Shown: in pieces, positions 49,741 through 60,576 of the stretch
Position numbering within the stretch: position 1 is the first letter of the stretch
How the letters are laid out: the number at the start of each line of letters is the position of its first letter
Sequence record: MK373778.1
Reading direction: 5' to 3' (one strand)
Length of the DNA stretch: 64,000 nt
From: Escherichia phage vB_EcoM_WFbE185
Program-made: the position numbers and the translations under genes
The notes under the pieces: generated by a model
The model's database searches: none
Seen by the model: only the letters and a program-made list of their open reading frames with translations
Told to the model about the DNA's origin: nothing

Positions 49741-50868
49741 ATGGAAAAATTTATGGCTAAGTTTGGACAAGGATACGTCCAAACGCCATTTTTATCGGAA
49801 AGCAATTCAGTACGATTTAAATTAAGCATAGCGGGCTCTTGCCCGCTATCAACATCTCCTGCTTATATTAAGTTCCAGGATAATCCACTTGGGTCCCAGG
49901 TTTTTTCCGTTGGATTAAACGTTCGTGTAATAAATCCTACAACGGGTGCAGTAGTTGAATCTAAGACATATAATTTCTCTACTGAAAACGACGCCACGTC
50001 AAGTGCATTTGTTACTTTCATGGACACATATGCTTCAAATTTTATATTTGCTCTTGTTACTAACGCTAAAACAAACTTTCCGCCAGAAGTTCTTGCATGG
50101 TTTAATAAAGCCGGAAGTTCTGCTATTCCATTAGCTCAACAAGTTTTAAATATAGTGGACATTTCTTATTCGGCATTTTATATTTCTGGTAAGAATGCTA
50201 TAGCACTAGAACATATTAAGTATAGTAATAAGAAAACTTCAACCGACTATAGTACACCACTTGATGTTGTGTACGACACGATCGATGATATTGGTGCTAC
50301 CGGCTTCCCTAGTCGTACGTACGAATCGACAGACACATTTTTATCTGCTGTTGGAGGTACTAATAATGAAATTAAAAGGATGCCTACAACGTCCATTATT
50401 ACACCTCTCGCTGGGTATAAATTGAAGCCTGGAGATTTCCTTTATATGAAATTCCAACTAATGGCCGATGCTGATTTGTTAGCACAAGGGACGACACGAC
50501 TTTCTATTCGTTTCTTTAAATCTCCTTCTACTTCACCTATTTCATTTAAGGATATAAACTTTGATGGGGCTGCAGGTGAATGGAAGATATATGAAGACTA
50601 CATAGAAATTCCTGCTGGTGCTGACGGGTTCACGATTTATTGTTATCGTACAGCTCCAGTCGGGCAAGGTGGATTAAGAAACGTTATATTCACTGAAGTA
50701 TCATGTAATGGAAGCGTTTCAAAACCTGCTGAGTTTGGTATAAATGGTATTCGTGTAAATTATGTTTCAGAATCTTTAAGTGCTCCAGACATAATGACAT
50801 TACCTACTCAATCTTCAACTGATACTGGTAAGGTATTTGGACAAGAATTTAAAGAAGCATCAGAATAA
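49741..50868 (+). CDS. 35: long tail fibre hinge connector gp35
   Basis: 375 aa; T4 synteny; followed by a UUCG terminator hairpin. Confidence 0.9.
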   Translation: MEKFMAKFGQGYVQTPFLSESNSVRFKLSIAGSCPLSTSPAYIKFQDNPLGSQVFSVGLNVRVINPTTGAVVESKTYNFSTENDATSSAFVTFMDTYASNFIFALVTNAKTNFPPEVLAWFNKAGSSAIPLAQQVLNIVDISYSAFYISGKNAIALEHIKYSNKKTSTDYSTPLDVVYDTIDDIGATGFPSRTYESTDTFLSAVGGTNNEIKRMPTTSIITPLAGYKLKPGDFLYMKFQLMADADLLAQGTTRLSIRFFKSPSTSPISFKDINFDGAAGEWKIYEDYIEIPAGADGFTIYCYRTAPVGQGGLRNVIFTEVSCNGSVSKPAEFGINGIRVNYVSESLSAPDIMTLPTQSSTDTGKVFGQEFKEASE

Positions 50869-50873
50869 ATTTA

Positions 50874-50891
50874 GGGAGACTTCGGTCTCCC
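50874..50891 (+). terminator. terminator after gene 35
   Basis: GGGAGAC-UUCG-GUCUCCC followed by AUUUUUG; the gene 36 late promoter follows. Confidence 0.6.
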
Positions 50892-50898
50892 ATTTTTG

Positions 50899-50906
50899 TA
50901 TAAATA
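50899..50906 (+). promoter_or_regulatory. late promoter (TATAAATA) for genes 36-37-38-t
   Basis: Exact TATAAATA 25 nt upstream of the gp36 ATG, just after the gene 35 terminator. Confidence 0.7.
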
Positions 50907-50931
50907 TGGGTATACATATAAGGAGACAACT

Positions 50932-51597
50932 ATGGCCGATTTAAAAGCTGGTAGTACAACTGGCGGTGCCGTTATATGGCATCAAGGTAATTTCCCTTTA
51001 ATGCCAGCAGGTGATGACGTCCTGTATAAAACGTTTAAACTCTATTCGGAATATAATAAGCCACAAGCTGCTGATAACGATTTCGTTTCTAAAGCAAACG
51101 GTGGTACTTACGCTTCAAAGGTAACATTTAACAGTGGTGTGCAAATACCATATGCTATAAACAATACAAACCCATGTGGTGTTTATCCAGGTAACGGTGA
51201 TGCAGCTACTTTTGTTACAGCAAATATTGATATTGTTTCATGGTACGGTATTGGTTTTAAATCATCACAAGGAACAGTTGGTAGAACTGTAGTAATCAAT
51301 ACACGTAATGGTGATATTAATACAAAAGGCGTTGTGTCGGCAGCTGGTCAAGTAAGAAGCGATATGACTGCTCCGGTTGCAGCAAATGATCTCACAAGAA
51401 AAGATTATGTTGATGGAAGAATAAATATTGTTACGGATAACGCAAATTCCCGTGTATTGCGTAAAGGCGATACCATGACTGGTACTTTAACAGCACCAAA
51501 CTTTTTCTCACAGAATCCGGCGTCTGAGGCTAATCATGTTCCTCGTTTCGACCAGATTGTAATTAAAGATTCTGTTCAAGATTTCGGCTATTATTAA
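50932..51597 (+). CDS. 36: long tail fibre distal connector gp36
   Basis: Start ATG MADLKAG with AAGGAGA RBS downstream of a late promoter; track start at 50896 is a TTG inside the promoter. Confidence 0.9.
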   Translation: MADLKAGSTTGGAVIWHQGNFPLMPAGDDVLYKTFKLYSEYNKPQAADNDFVSKANGGTYASKVTFNSGVQIPYAINNTNPCGVYPGNGDAATFVTANIDIVSWYGIGFKSSQGTVGRTVVINTRNGDINTKGVVSAAGQVRSDMTAPVAANDLTRKDYVDGRINIVTDNANSRVLRKGDTMTGTLTAPNFFSQNPASEANHVPRFDQIVIKDSVQDFGYY

Positions 51598-51605
51598 GAG
51601 GACTT

Positions 51606-54600
51606 ATGGCTACATTAAAACAGATACAATTTAAAAGAAGCAAAGTAGCAGGAGTTAATCCTACTGCAGCACAATTAGCCGAAGGCGAATTAGCGATAAA
51701 CTTAAAAGATCGAACTCTTTTTACCAAAGATGACCTCGGTAATATTATTAGCCTAGGCTTTGCTAAGGGCGGGGATATTAACGGTAATGTAACTCAAACT
51801 GGTGATTATTTACAAAACGGCACGTATAATCTCAATGGAAATCAGTTTGTTTATGCAGGAAAATACATTGAATTTTTACCTAAAACCACTGGAAATGGCG
51901 CTTGGGCTAACCAACATTCGAATAAAGCCCCTATCTTTACAGATTTAAGTTCAACTACTTCTGTTTCAGAATACCATCCACTGATTAAACAACGCTATAA
52001 AGATGGAACTTTTTCTGCTGGTACATTAGTAAACGAAGGTAGTTTTAAATTCCATTATATTGATGAAACCGGGACTTCAAAATACTGGACTTTTAATCGA
52101 AACGGTAATTTTCAAGTTGATTCCGGAAGTTTATTAGTATCTAATGGATATTTAGTTACTCAAAGTAATATTGAAACTAAAGCTGGTTCTTTAATTGGTC
52201 CTAAAGTTATTACCAAAAATATCAATGTGAGCACTAAATCTTGGGACACTAATATTGATACTGCATATGATTTAGTTTCATTACCGACTTGGCAGTATAC
52301 TCCAACCGAAACGGATTTGGATACTAATGGTATAAACTACCTTCGTAAATTCCGCGGACATGTTTCTTCTGCTATTTTCCATGAAGTTGCTGATGCTCGT
52401 TCAGGTAAACCACAGAATATTTCGTATTGGACGGGACGTAATGCCGAAGTTTATCAATGGTCTTATACCACAGATGGGCGTATGTCTGTTGCTAATTCGA
52501 TAGGTATAGGTCTTGCTGATGTTGGTGACCAAGGACGTTATCCATTGGTTTCGTTTGGTAAAGGTATTGCCATTGGTGATAACGATACAGGTATTAAATG
52601 GGTTCGCGACGGCGTTATCGATTTAATGGCCAACGGTATTTCTTCGGCTACCATTTTGAACAATGGTATTAACAGCACCAAGAAATTGATGGTTGGTTAT
52701 AGCCGAGATTCAGGTTCTACTTGGGATTTCCCAAATAATAACCAAGCAATGTTTACTGCGCGTACCGATGTTGATGGTAATAATAACGGCGATGGACAGA
52801 CTCATATCGGATATAGCAGCAATGCTAAGATGTATCACTATTTCCGTGGTACAGGTCGTATGTCCGTTAGTATGGGCGATGGACTTCTTGTTGAGCCCGG
52901 CATTTTAGATATTAAAACCGGTTCAAATTCGCTAAATTTGCGTGCTGATGGTACCATCGCTTCTGTTCAAACGTTAAAACTTAATAACGGATTATATTTT
53001 AATGGTGATGGAACTAATGCTTCTCTAGTTTTTAAAGCAGCTTCAGGTATTGATGGCACTAAGCAAATAATGTGGGAAGGCGGTACTCGTGCAGGTCAGA
53101 ACAAAAGTTATGTGACCGTGAAAGCATGGGGTAACTCATTTAATGCTACTGGTGATAAAGCTCGAGAAACCGTATTTGAGGTTTCTGATGGCCAAGGTTA
53201 TTATTTCTATTCTCAACGCGTAGCTCCGACCGGTTCTGAAACTACAGGCCCTGTTGTAACTCAGTTCAATGGACAGGTTAATGCTAGAGGAAGCTTAATA
53301 ACCGACGGAAGTCTTAGAGTTAACGGATTAAGCACTCTAGTTGGCAACGTTACAATGAATAATGGATTGTTTGTTCAAGGTGGTGCCTCAATTACCGGAC
53401 AGGTTAAAATTGGCGGGACTGCTGATGCTTTCCGTATTTACGATGCTGAATATGGTGCTATTTTCCGTCGTTCTGAAGATAAGTTTTATATTATTCCAAC
53501 TCCGCAGAATGCTGGTGAATCAGGTGGTATTTCTAATTTACGTCCATTCTATATTACATTAAGTAATGGTAAAGTTTCCATGGATCATGATGTAGATATC
53601 GGCGGCGGTAGATTTAAAGTAGAAGCGGCTGGAACTACGGCTGGTCAACGAATAACAGTAAATATGGCATCAGATGCTATTAGAATAAATGCTCCAACAC
53701 AAGAGTCTTCTAACTTCATTCAAGGACGTAAAGCAGATGTTCCGAAATGGTATTTAGGTATTGGCGATGGCGGTAACATCGTTCGTATGCACAGTTACAC
53801 CTACTCCCATGGTATTGCATTAAACTCTGATACGGTTGATATAGCTAAACCTCTTAAAGTCGGTAATGCTCAATTCGGTACTGATGGTAACATCACTGGC
53901 GGCACTGGTAATTTTGCTAACTTGAATACCACAATAAATAACCTTAAGACGGATATTGTCTCAAGTTATCCTATTGGTGCTCCGATTCCTTGGCCTACTG
54001 ATACACCTCCTGAAGGTTATGCCATAATGGAAGGTCAAACATTTGATGCTGACTTGTATCCTAAGTTAGCTGCGGTGTATCCTTCCGGCGCTCTGCCTGA
54101 TATGCGTGGTCAAACTATCAAGGGTAAACCATCTGGGCGTGCTGTATTGAGTACAGAAGCAGACGGTGTTAAGTCACATAGCCATAGTGCAAGTGCATCA
54201 AGCACAGATTTGGGTACTAAGACCACTTCTAGTTTTGATTACGGTAGCAAAACGACTTCAAGCTTTGATTATGGTACTAAGACCAGTAATACCACAGGTA
54301 ACCATAACCATACGGTGAGTGGAACTACAAGTGCTGCAGGTAACCACCAACATGCGCGCTCAGGTCCTCAGATACAAGCCGGCATACCCAATAACATATT
54401 CTATGACGGATATAATAGTGTAGGTGCAAACGCCAACGCTAAATTCACTGGAACCGTGAACGGTGCTACTGCAGGGTCGAATATAGCCAAAACTTCTTCA
54501 GAAGGTAACCATACACACTCTTGGTCAGGAACCACAAGTACCACAGGTAACCATGCTCATACTGTGGGTATCGGTGCCCATACACATACTGTAGGTATTG

Positions 54601-54722
54601 GTGCCCACTCTCATTCGGTAGCGATTGGTTCCCATGGACATACAATAACTGTAAATGCCACAGGAAATACAGAAAACACTGTTAAAAACGTTGCTTTTAA
54701 CTATATCGTTCGTTTAGCATAA
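51606..54722 (+). CDS. 37: long tail fibre distal subunit gp37 (receptor-binding needle with His-x-His repeats)
   Basis: 1038 aa; C-terminal GNHxH / GAHxH repeats (for example [32 protein letters not shown]) typical of the T4-type gp37 tip. Confidence 0.95.
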   Translation: MATLKQIQFKRSKVAGVNPTAAQLAEGELAINLKDRTLFTKDDLGNIISLGFAKGGDINGNVTQTGDYLQNGTYNLNGNQFVYAGKYIEFLPKTTGNGAWANQHSNKAPIFTDLSSTTSVSEYHPLIKQRYKDGTFSAGTLVNEGSFKFHYIDETGTSKYWTFNRNGNFQVDSGSLLVSNGYLVTQSNIETKAGSLIGPKVITKNINVSTKSWDTNIDTAYDLVSLPTWQYTPTETDLDTNGINYLRKFRGHVSSAIFHEVADARSGKPQNISYWTGRNAEVYQWSYTTDGRMSVANSIGIGLADVGDQGRYPLVSFGKGIAIGDNDTGIKWVRDGVIDLMANGISSATILNNGINSTKKLMVGYSRDSGSTWDFPNNNQAMFTARTDVDGNNNGDGQTHIGYSSNAKMYHYFRGTGRMSVSMGDGLLVEPGILDIKTGSNSLNLRADGTIASVQTLKLNNGLYFNGDGTNASLVFKAASGIDGTKQIMWEGGTRAGQNKSYVTVKAWGNSFNATGDKARETVFEVSDGQGYYFYSQRVAPTGSETTGPVVTQFNGQVNARGSLITDGSLRVNGLSTLVGNVTMNNGLFVQGGASITGQVKIGGTADAFRIYDAEYGAIFRRSEDKFYIIPTPQNAGESGGISNLRPFYITLSNGKVSMDHDVDIGGGRFKVEAAGTTAGQRITVNMASDAIRINAPTQESSNFIQGRKADVPKWYLGIGDGGNIVRMHSYTYSHGIALNSDTVDIAKPLKVGNAQFGTDGNITGGTGNFANLNTTINNLKTDIVSSYPIGAPIPWPTDTPPEGYAIMEGQTFDADLYPKLAAVYPSGALPDMRGQTIKGKPSGRAVLSTEADGVKSHSHSASASSTDLGTKTTSSFDYGSKTTSSFDYGTKTSNTTGNHNHTVSGTTSAAGNHQHARSGPQIQAGIPNNIFYDGYNSVGANANAKFTGTVNGATAGSNIAKTSSEGNHTHSWSGTTSTTGNHAHTVGIGAHTHTVGIGAHSHSVAIGSHGHTITVNATGNTENTVKNVAFNYIVRLA

Positions 54723-54752
54723 GGAGAAGGGACTTCGGTCCCTTTTTATAAT
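54723..54752 (+). promoter_or_regulatory. split Shine-Dalgarno: GGAG, UUCG-tetraloop hairpin, then gene 38 AUG
   Basis: GGAG (54723-54726), hairpin GGGAC-UUCG-GUCCC (54729-54742), 10 nt to ATG; hairpin folding brings SD and AUG to productive spacing, as described for T4 gene 38. Confidence 0.55.
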
Positions 54753-55304
54753 ATGAAACTCTATCATTATTATTTTGACACTAAAGAATTTTACAAAGAA
54801 GAAAATTATAAACCATTAAAAGGCGTAGGATTTCCGGCTCATTCAACACCAAAAAAACCTTTAGACCCTAAAGAAGGTTACGCTGTTGTATTTGATGAAC
54901 GCGAACAAGAATGGGTATATGTTGAAGACCATCGTGGAAAAACAGTATGGACTTATGATAAGCAAAAAATTGTTATTGACACTCCAGGTGCTCTTCAAAA
55001 TGTTACTACAGAAGAACCCGGTGAATTTGACATTTGGACCGGTGACGGGTGGAAGGAAGATGAAGCATATAAACGCGTAGTTCAACGTGATAAGAAAATT
55101 CATGAACTCTATAAATTATTCAGTGTTTTAAGTTCTCTTATTGACGCAGAGGTTGCTAATAGAGAAGAAAAACGAAAATTTAAAGAGCTCAAAAAATTCT
55201 TTGCCCTTTTAGAAAAACATGAACATCTTGGCGGCGAATTCCCTAAATTCCCTGACCTTGAAAGCAAATCACTTGTTAAACGAATTATAAATATCTTTAA
55301 GTAA
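54753..55304 (+). CDS. 38: gp38 tail-fibre assembly chaperone (T4-type)
   Basis: 183 aa; MKLYHYYFDTKEFYKEENYKP... matches T4 gp38; split RBS hairpin upstream. Confidence 0.9.
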   Translation: MKLYHYYFDTKEFYKEENYKPLKGVGFPAHSTPKKPLDPKEGYAVVFDEREQEWVYVEDHRGKTVWTYDKQKIVIDTPGALQNVTTEEPGEFDIWTGDGWKEDEAYKRVVQRDKKIHELYKLFSVLSSLIDAEVANREEKRKFKELKKFFALLEKHEHLGGEFPKFPDLESKSLVKRIINIFK

Positions 55305-55313
55305 GGAGGTATT

Positions 55314-55973
55314 ATGGCAACACCAAAAGTGTCATTTTCGCCTAGTGATATTCTATTTGGGTTGCTAGATCGTATTTTCAAAGATAACGCTACTGGAAAG
55401 GTTTTAATGTCCCGAGTAGCGGTAATTATTCTTTTGTTCCTAATGGCACTAATATGGTACAAAGGAAGTATTTTGCTGGATTATTATGTAAGATCTAAGT
55501 ATGATACTTATACTGAAATAATCCAAAAAGAACGAGCTTTACGTTTTGAATCTGCGGCTCTAGAACAACTGCAAATAGTTCATATCTCATCTGGTGCAGA
55601 TTTTAGTGCTGTGTATTCTTTCAGACCTAAAAACTTAAATTATTTCGTCGACCTTATAGCTTATGAAGGCAAACTGCCTAGCACAATTTCTGAAAAGTCC
55701 CTTGGGGGATTCCCGGTGGATAAAACGGCCAATGAATATATAATTCATTTAAGTGGCCGTCATTTCTCGTCTAAATCAGAATTTGCATTTTTGCCTACAA
55801 AATCTAAAACTGCCGAACTTTCTTATATGTATAGTTGTCCATACTTTAATTTGGATAACATCTATGCTGGAACTGTGACGATGTATTGGTATAAGGGGAA
55901 TAATATACTTGAGGAAGATCGCTTAGCGGCTATATGCAACCAAGCGGTCCGAATACTAGGAAGGGCTAAATAA
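55314..55973 (+). CDS. t: holin T
   Basis: 219 aa; MATPKVSFSPSDILFGLLDRIFKDNATGKVL... with one N-terminal transmembrane segment, matches T4 holin. Confidence 0.92.
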   Translation: MATPKVSFSPSDILFGLLDRIFKDNATGKVLMSRVAVIILLFLMALIWYKGSILLDYYVRSKYDTYTEIIQKERALRFESAALEQLQIVHISSGADFSAVYSFRPKNLNYFVDLIAYEGKLPSTISEKSLGGFPVDKTANEYIIHLSGRHFSSKSEFAFLPTKSKTAELSYMYSCPYFNLDNIYAGTVTMYWYKGNNILEEDRLAAICNQAVRILGRAK

Positions 55974-56246
55974 TTAGTTGTTAGAATACATCGCTAAATG
56001 ACGATAAATATTTTCAAAACCTTCATTGAATTCACTAATCAGTGTTTTCTTTTCTTCGGCAGTTAAATTTGTAATTAGTTTTCTAAAAGAATTCTGATTT
56101 AGCTGCCGACCATCTTTTTTAATTCCAATCTCATTCAAGAATCCGATGAAACTTGCTCGGTCTTCAACAATATCTTCCCTAGAGAATTTAATCAAAATAG
56201 AAGCAATAGTAATAATTTCACGTACGATTTCAATGTCTTTATTCAT
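55974..56246 (-). CDS. asiA: anti-sigma-70 factor AsiA
   Basis: 90 aa; MNKDIEIVREIITIASILIKFSREDIVE... matches T4 AsiA. Confidence 0.9.
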   Translation of the reverse strand: MNKDIEIVREIITIASILIKFSREDIVEDRASFIGFLNEIGIKKDGRQLNQNSFRKLITNLTAEEKKTLISEFNEGFENIYRHLAMYSNN

Positions 56247-56280
56247 AACGTTTTATTCATTCCACTTAGTTGATATGGAT

Positions 56281-56310
56281 ATAGTACCATTATCAGTGTT
56301 GATTGTAAAC
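56281..56310 (-). promoter_or_regulatory. early promoter (GTTTAC-N18-TACTAT) for asiA
   Basis: -10 lies 35 nt upstream of the asiA ATG. Confidence 0.5.
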
Positions 56311-56454
56311 GGCTTTTTCTACGCTTTTAACGTAATTGGTATAGTCTTCCTGTTCATACGAGTGTAAGACCAAGAATTGAACTAATAGTTCATTATAGAC
56401 TAAAGCCTCACGCTCACGTTCGGCCTCTACTACGTTCTGAAGATTATGACTCAT
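56293..56454 (-). CDS. hypothetical small protein (arn region)
   Basis: Start moved to ATG MSHNLQNV with AAGGA RBS overlapping the upstream stop. Confidence 0.4.
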   Translation of the reverse strand: MSHNLQNVVEAEREREALVYNELLVQFLVLHSYEQEDYTNYVKSVEKAVYNQH

Positions 56455-56743
56455 ATCGTTCCTTATAACTATCAATATAGTCCTGTATGTCGAAAAACGA
56501 CATTTCATATTCTAGGACGTTAAGAGCCCGTTCTTCAGTATAGTCAGAACCAAAGACGATAGTGATTTCACCGGGCTTCATGTGATTGAAATCGACACTA
56601 AAAGGAATACGAGAACAGACTTCATCTTCCATATCTACGATAACACTACGACACACTTCTCGGTTAACCTGATAAAGCTCTGCAAGTTCTTCACATCGAA
56701 TAACAAGTTCAGTGGCAGGATTTTCTTTGATTTTAGTAAGCAT
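56444..56743 (-). CDS. hypothetical acidic protein (arn-region; possible Arn-like anti-restriction protein, by position only)
   Basis: 99-aa acidic ORF next to asiA as T4 arn is; no sequence confirmation possible here. Confidence 0.45.
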   Translation of the reverse strand: MLTKIKENPATELVIRCEELAELYQVNREVCRSVIVDMEDEVCSRIPFSVDFNHMKPGEITIVFGSDYTEERALNVLEYEMSFFDIQDYIDSYKERYES

Positions 56744-56817
56744 AGTCTTTACCCTTATGTTTTTGTTTACGTTTAGATTGAAGTTCTGATTTCTTTTTGT
56801 CCTTATGGACAGAAGCC

Positions 56818-57045
56818 TTATTGAAATCGTGTTTTGCTACAAGATTGTTCATAATGATTTATAACCTCATTTAAACATTTGTCTGTGAAAGAAAACTTTT
56901 TAGCCACAGAACATTCGATAATGTGCTCTTTCAAATCTTTAGAGTCAGTATAACCCATCTCAGTAATAAAGTGGCGAATTAAAGCTTTATTCTTATCATT
57001 AACAGAATTAAAATAATCTGCTTTAGAATCAATTATTCTCATCAT
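56818..57045 (-). CDS. hypothetical protein (arn.x-like)
   Basis: 75-aa ORF. Confidence 0.45.
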   Translation of the reverse strand: MMRIIDSKADYFNSVNDKNKALIRHFITEMGYTDSKDLKEHIIECSVAKKFSFTDKCLNEVINHYEQSCSKTRFQ

Positions 57046-57310
57046 CTAATTTCCTTAATTGATATTGCAACGAGCTAATAATTTCTTCGTTCATTTTAAT
57101 ATACATGTCGCGCAAGAAAGGTTTTAACCCATCACGAATAATTGCTAACGTATCACCTTTACATAAATTAACCAAATAAGGATGGTCTAAAGCATCCCAA
57201 CCAGGCTGATTAGCATACATACCATAATTTTCTTCCATCATAGCATTCAGGCGTTTGATATGATTAATGTGGGCTTCAATAGCATCAATCTGGAGTTGTT
57301 TAAGATTCAT
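57029..57310 (-). CDS. hypothetical protein (arn.x-like)
   Basis: 93-aa ORF. Confidence 0.45.
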   Translation of the reverse strand: MNLKQLQIDAIEAHINHIKRLNAMMEENYGMYANQPGWDALDHPYLVNLCKGDTLAIIRDGLKPFLRDMYIKMNEEIISSLQYQLRKLDDENN

Positions 57311-57771
57311 TAGTAAAGGTCCTCAGAGTAAAGTTCTTTTTCATTACCACCACGTTCAATACGTACTTGTCCAGCGTAAGTTGCAATAATCATTGCTTCT
57401 TCACGTGTCCAATAATTACTATACTGGTCAATAAACCCTTGGTCATCATCACAAACTTGTTGAGTAACTAATTGAGGTTTAACTACATCTAAAACTTCTG
57501 CCATACCTTTAGAATAATGACGAGCACCTGGAATAATAAGAGTTCGTCCATCTTTTAATTTAAAACGGTTGGCTGCGCAGACAATTCGTCGTTGATACTT
57601 TTGGTTTTCATCCCAATACAGAGTCTGCCAACAGATTTCAGGAACTTCATCTAAAACATTTTGTTCTGTATATTCACCACCGTAAGAAGCTAATTTAGCA
57701 GCCAGACTTTCCGGAGTCTCACGCGTCAAAGCTTTATCTAACAGAGCTAAACGTTCTTTAAAAGTTTTCAT
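57310..57771 (-). CDS. hypothetical protein, 153 aa
   Basis: ORF with overlapping stop/start to its neighbours. Confidence 0.5.
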   Translation of the reverse strand: MKTFKERLALLDKALTRETPESLAAKLASYGGEYTEQNVLDEVPEICWQTLYWDENQKYQRRIVCAANRFKLKDGRTLIIPGARHYSKGMAEVLDVVKPQLVTQQVCDDDQGFIDQYSNYWTREEAMIIATYAGQVRIERGGNEKELYSEDLY

Positions 57772-58097
57772 TTAAACCATCCTTTAATACGTTGCCACAA
57801 AGTTTTCTGCTGAGCTTTGTTAACACCAATTGAACGAATAACCGGTTGTGACTGCTGATATTCTTTATAATCTTCTTTATAGATTTCGTAAGCTGCATCA
57901 ACAAATGAACTGATCGCTGCCATGTAGTTTTTACGAAGGCCAAATGGTGCGTCATTATTTTCACGAATAACCGTATATTGGCCTGCTTTAATCTTTACAA
58001 TTGTCCCTAAATAAGCCCCGTGGTACCAAATATCCCATCCTTCCTGAGTAGGTTCTGCACATTTACGAAGTTCGTTAATAATATTCAGCTTATTCAT
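57768..58097 (-). CDS. hypothetical protein, 109 aa
   Basis: ORF immediately downstream of motA. Confidence 0.5.
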   Translation of the reverse strand: MNKLNIINELRKCAEPTQEGWDIWYHGAYLGTIVKIKAGQYTVIRENNDAPFGLRKNYMAAISSFVDAAYEIYKEDYKEYQQSQPVIRSIGVNKAQQKTLWQRIKGWFK

Positions 58098-58107
58098 TAT
58101 GTATTCC

Positions 58108-58740
58108 TCACAGTACGTTAGTTACAAGGGTAATGATTTCTTTGGACACATTAGGGAAGTCAATGTAAGTATATTTACCACCGATCTTAATCTTAACATC
58201 ATTTTCAAGAGAAGTAAACAGTTTTGATTCAGTTTCTGACATGTTGTATGCAAAGATTCTAAGAGCGCCATCTCGACGAATTTCGATCTGACGAATACCT
58301 AGAACTCGTTTTGCAAATCGAACTTCTAAGTTACTACGGTTTTCACCAATTTCTTTAACTTCAACTTTATCTTTAATATTTTCAAAAACAAAGTTTGCTA
58401 GTTCATGCATTTCAGGAGTAACTCCACGTGCTTTTCTGGTGTTACGTTTCTGAAGAAGTTCTGGAGCATTTTCTTGAGCAAATAGGTCTGCAGCTTTTTG
58501 GATAATATCCATTGCTTCGCCTGTTGCTATAAGTCCATCACCGGATTTTTCGACTAAACCTTTCTTAATCAATACACCAATGTTAGAGTTAACAACCGAC
58601 GCATTGTATTCTGCTTCCAGAGCTTCACGGACATTGGCAGCAGTGGTGAAGTTATTCTTAATGATATAAACCATTATTGCAGCAGTTTTTTCATTCAGAG
58701 CGTTTTCAGAAGCTTTGATGATGTAAGTAACTTTAGACAT
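58108..58740 (-). CDS. motA: MotA middle-transcription activator
   Basis: 210 aa; MSKVTYIIKAS...NSNIGVLIKKGLVEKSGDGLI matches T4 MotA. Confidence 0.9.
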   Translation of the reverse strand: MSKVTYIIKASENALNEKTAAIMVYIIKNNFTTAANVREALEAEYNASVVNSNIGVLIKKGLVEKSGDGLIATGEAMDIIQKAADLFAQENAPELLQKRNTRKARGVTPEMHELANFVFENIKDKVEVKEIGENRSNLEVRFAKRVLGIRQIEIRRDGALRIFAYNMSETESKLFTSLENDVKIKIGGKYTYIDFPNVSKEIITLVTNVL

Positions 58741-58806
58741 TTTATTTCTCCAAATTAGTATTTGTTTTGATAGGTCTATAATATCATGTTTGAAGCAAAA
58801 GTAAAC
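58732..58806 (-). repeat. promoter/RBS/start cassette, copy 1 (motA)
   Basis: 36-nt stretch 58761-58796 identical to 59083-59118; 19-nt RBS-plus-start stretch 58732-58750 identical to 59052-59070. Confidence 0.7.
58778..58806 (-). promoter_or_regulatory. early promoter (GTTTAC-N17-TATTAT) for motA
   Basis: Part of a duplicated promoter/RBS cassette (second copy 59100-59128). Confidence 0.5.
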
Positions 58807-58844
58807 TTTATTTTGGGCTCTTTTTCCAAAAGCCCTGGTAAAAT

Positions 58845-59060
58845 TTACAAACTCATTTCTTTAATAAGGCCAATAAGTTTTGCCTTTTTAGAACGAAGCT
58901 TTTCTAAATGATGTCCATTTGAACCGCGAACCACTAAAGAATTGATTTCAACTTCTAAGAAATTTAATTCTTCAACAAGTGCTTTACGGGGAGCATTCAT
59001 ACCAGGTTTAACTTTACCGAAACGAGTAGTTGTGTTTTGGGTTAATTTCATTTTAGACAT
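58845..59060 (-). CDS. hypothetical protein (motA.1-like)
   Basis: 71-aa basic ORF; promoter and RBS near-identical to motA. Confidence 0.5.
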   Translation of the reverse strand: MSKMKLTQNTTTRFGKVKPGMNAPRKALVEELNFLEVEINSLVVRGSNGHHLEKLRSKKAKLIGLIKEMSL

Positions 59061-59128
59061 TTTATTTCTCCAATTTGGTTGTTTTGTTTTGATAGGTCTA
59101 TAATATCATGTTTGAAGCACGTGTAAAC
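59052..59128 (-). repeat. promoter/RBS/start cassette, copy 2 (motA.1-like)
   Basis: See copy 1; both ORFs begin ATG TCT AAA. Confidence 0.7.
59100..59128 (-). promoter_or_regulatory. early promoter (GTTTAC-N17-TATTAT) for motA.1-like ORF
   Basis: 36-nt identity with the motA promoter copy. Confidence 0.5.
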
Positions 59129-59154
59129 TGTTTTGTGAGGAAAAAATGCACAAA

Positions 59155-59170
59155 GGGAGCTTCGGCTCCC
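59155..59170 (-). terminator. terminator after gene 52
   Basis: GGGAGC-CGAA-GCUCCC followed by UUUGUGCAUUUUUUCC on the minus strand. Confidence 0.55.
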
Positions 59171-59246
59171 TAATCATGTTTGTCCAACCAATATAGCCAA
59201 ATCACTAGTGCAGCTATTGCACTGAGAAATCCTAAGGCTAAGGCAC

Positions 59247-60572
59247 TCAAAGTGCCTCCAAGTCTTTAGTGTACTCTGTCACAACATCAGTAGACTTCCA
59301 ATACTCATTTTCTTCTTTCTTAGCTTTAGCTTCTTCTGCTAGTTTACGTGCTTCATCGGAAGTGATATGGAAGATGTTAAGACCTACCAGTTTATCGACA
59401 TGTTCTTTATACATTTCGATTTGTGCTAGCTCTTCAGTCAAAGCTTTACGAGTCTTGCCCTGAATCACAATTTCACCGTTGATAACTTTTTTGATGAAGT
59501 GTGCCTTAGCAAAAGCAAGTTTAAATGCTTTTTCAGATTCAAGGATTTTGTTGTCAATACGTTTCTGAACGTAAGTCTTACGGACTTCAACAAAATCTTT
59601 GATTAAGTCCACTACGTTATCATAGACAGCTAATTTACCCTTTTCATTAATCACTGTGATGTTTTGTGAACGACGTTCGATGAGACTAAAATCTTTCATG
59701 ATTTTTTCATGACGTAGCTCTTCATCATCAGGAAGCGAGTACTCTTTACGGAACTTCACCTTAAACCCAAAGCCGTGTTCACCACAATCATCTTCCCATG
59801 AGATTAGACCTTTGTCTTCCAACGGGTCAAGAACCTTACTCACATACGTTTCACGGTCGAATTTATATGGGATTTCAGTTATCTGCATTTGAGTGCGAGA
59901 TGTGAACTTATACGTTCCGTGAATCTCATAACGCCCATCAACTTCATGTACTTCACCACGGAATTCCGGGAATTCAACTTTTGGCTTAGTGACATTTTTA
60001 CCTTGAAGAGCTTGTAATACAGCCTTTTTGACTGATTTAAAACTATGAGGCAGAATATTTGTTGCGTAACCGGTTGCAATACCAGAGACGCCATTCAAAA
60101 GAACTGTCGGAATAATAGGAAGATAGAATTTTGGTGGAATGTGTTCTTTATCTTCATGAGCTGGAGCATATTCAGTATCTTTATATACGTTATAGAAATT
60201 TTTACTTACACGAGCAAAAATATAACGAGATGCTGCAGCTTTTTGGACTGTTCGAGAACCAAAGTTGCCTTGGCCATCTAACAGTGGATAGTTGTTGTTC
60301 CATGTGTTAGCCATCAATGCACCTGCATCTTGTGCAGAAGATTCACCATGGTGATAACCTAAATCTGCAACACCGCCTGCAATTGACGCAAGTTTATGAA
60401 ATTTTTCTTTATTACCACGAGCCAAATCTAACGCACGATGGACCACAAAACGTTGAACCGGCTTAAATCCATCAATCATGTTTGGGATTGCACGGTTTTC
60501 AACGGTGTACATCGCATATGCTAAGGCTTCGTTATCAATAATACTTTTTAGATTACGAGAATTCAATTGCAT
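59247..60572 (-). CDS. 52: DNA topoisomerase II medium subunit gp52
   Basis: 441 aa; MQLNSRNLKSIIDNEALAYAMYTVENRAIPNMIDGFKPVQR matches T4 gp52. Confidence 0.95.
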   Translation of the reverse strand: MQLNSRNLKSIIDNEALAYAMYTVENRAIPNMIDGFKPVQRFVVHRALDLARGNKEKFHKLASIAGGVADLGYHHGESSAQDAGALMANTWNNNYPLLDGQGNFGSRTVQKAAASRYIFARVSKNFYNVYKDTEYAPAHEDKEHIPPKFYLPIIPTVLLNGVSGIATGYATNILPHSFKSVKKAVLQALQGKNVTKPKVEFPEFRGEVHEVDGRYEIHGTYKFTSRTQMQITEIPYKFDRETYVSKVLDPLEDKGLISWEDDCGEHGFGFKVKFRKEYSLPDDEELRHEKIMKDFSLIERRSQNITVINEKGKLAVYDNVVDLIKDFVEVRKTYVQKRIDNKILESEKAFKLAFAKAHFIKKVINGEIVIQGKTRKALTEELAQIEMYKEHVDKLVGLNIFHITSDEARKLAEEAKAKKEENEYWKSTDVVTEYTKDLEAL

Positions 60573-60576
60573 ATTT

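Noticed and set aside
54150-54660. CRISPR-like or other non-coding repeat arrays
   Set aside because: The only periodic repeats seen are in-frame coding repeats (gp37 His boxes, Hoc Ig domains) and promoter cassettes; no repeat-spacer architecture.
58815-58835. Hairpin GGGCT...AGCCC between motA.1-like ORF and the motA promoter as a terminator
   Set aside because: 11-nt loop and no U tract on either strand; weak candidate only.
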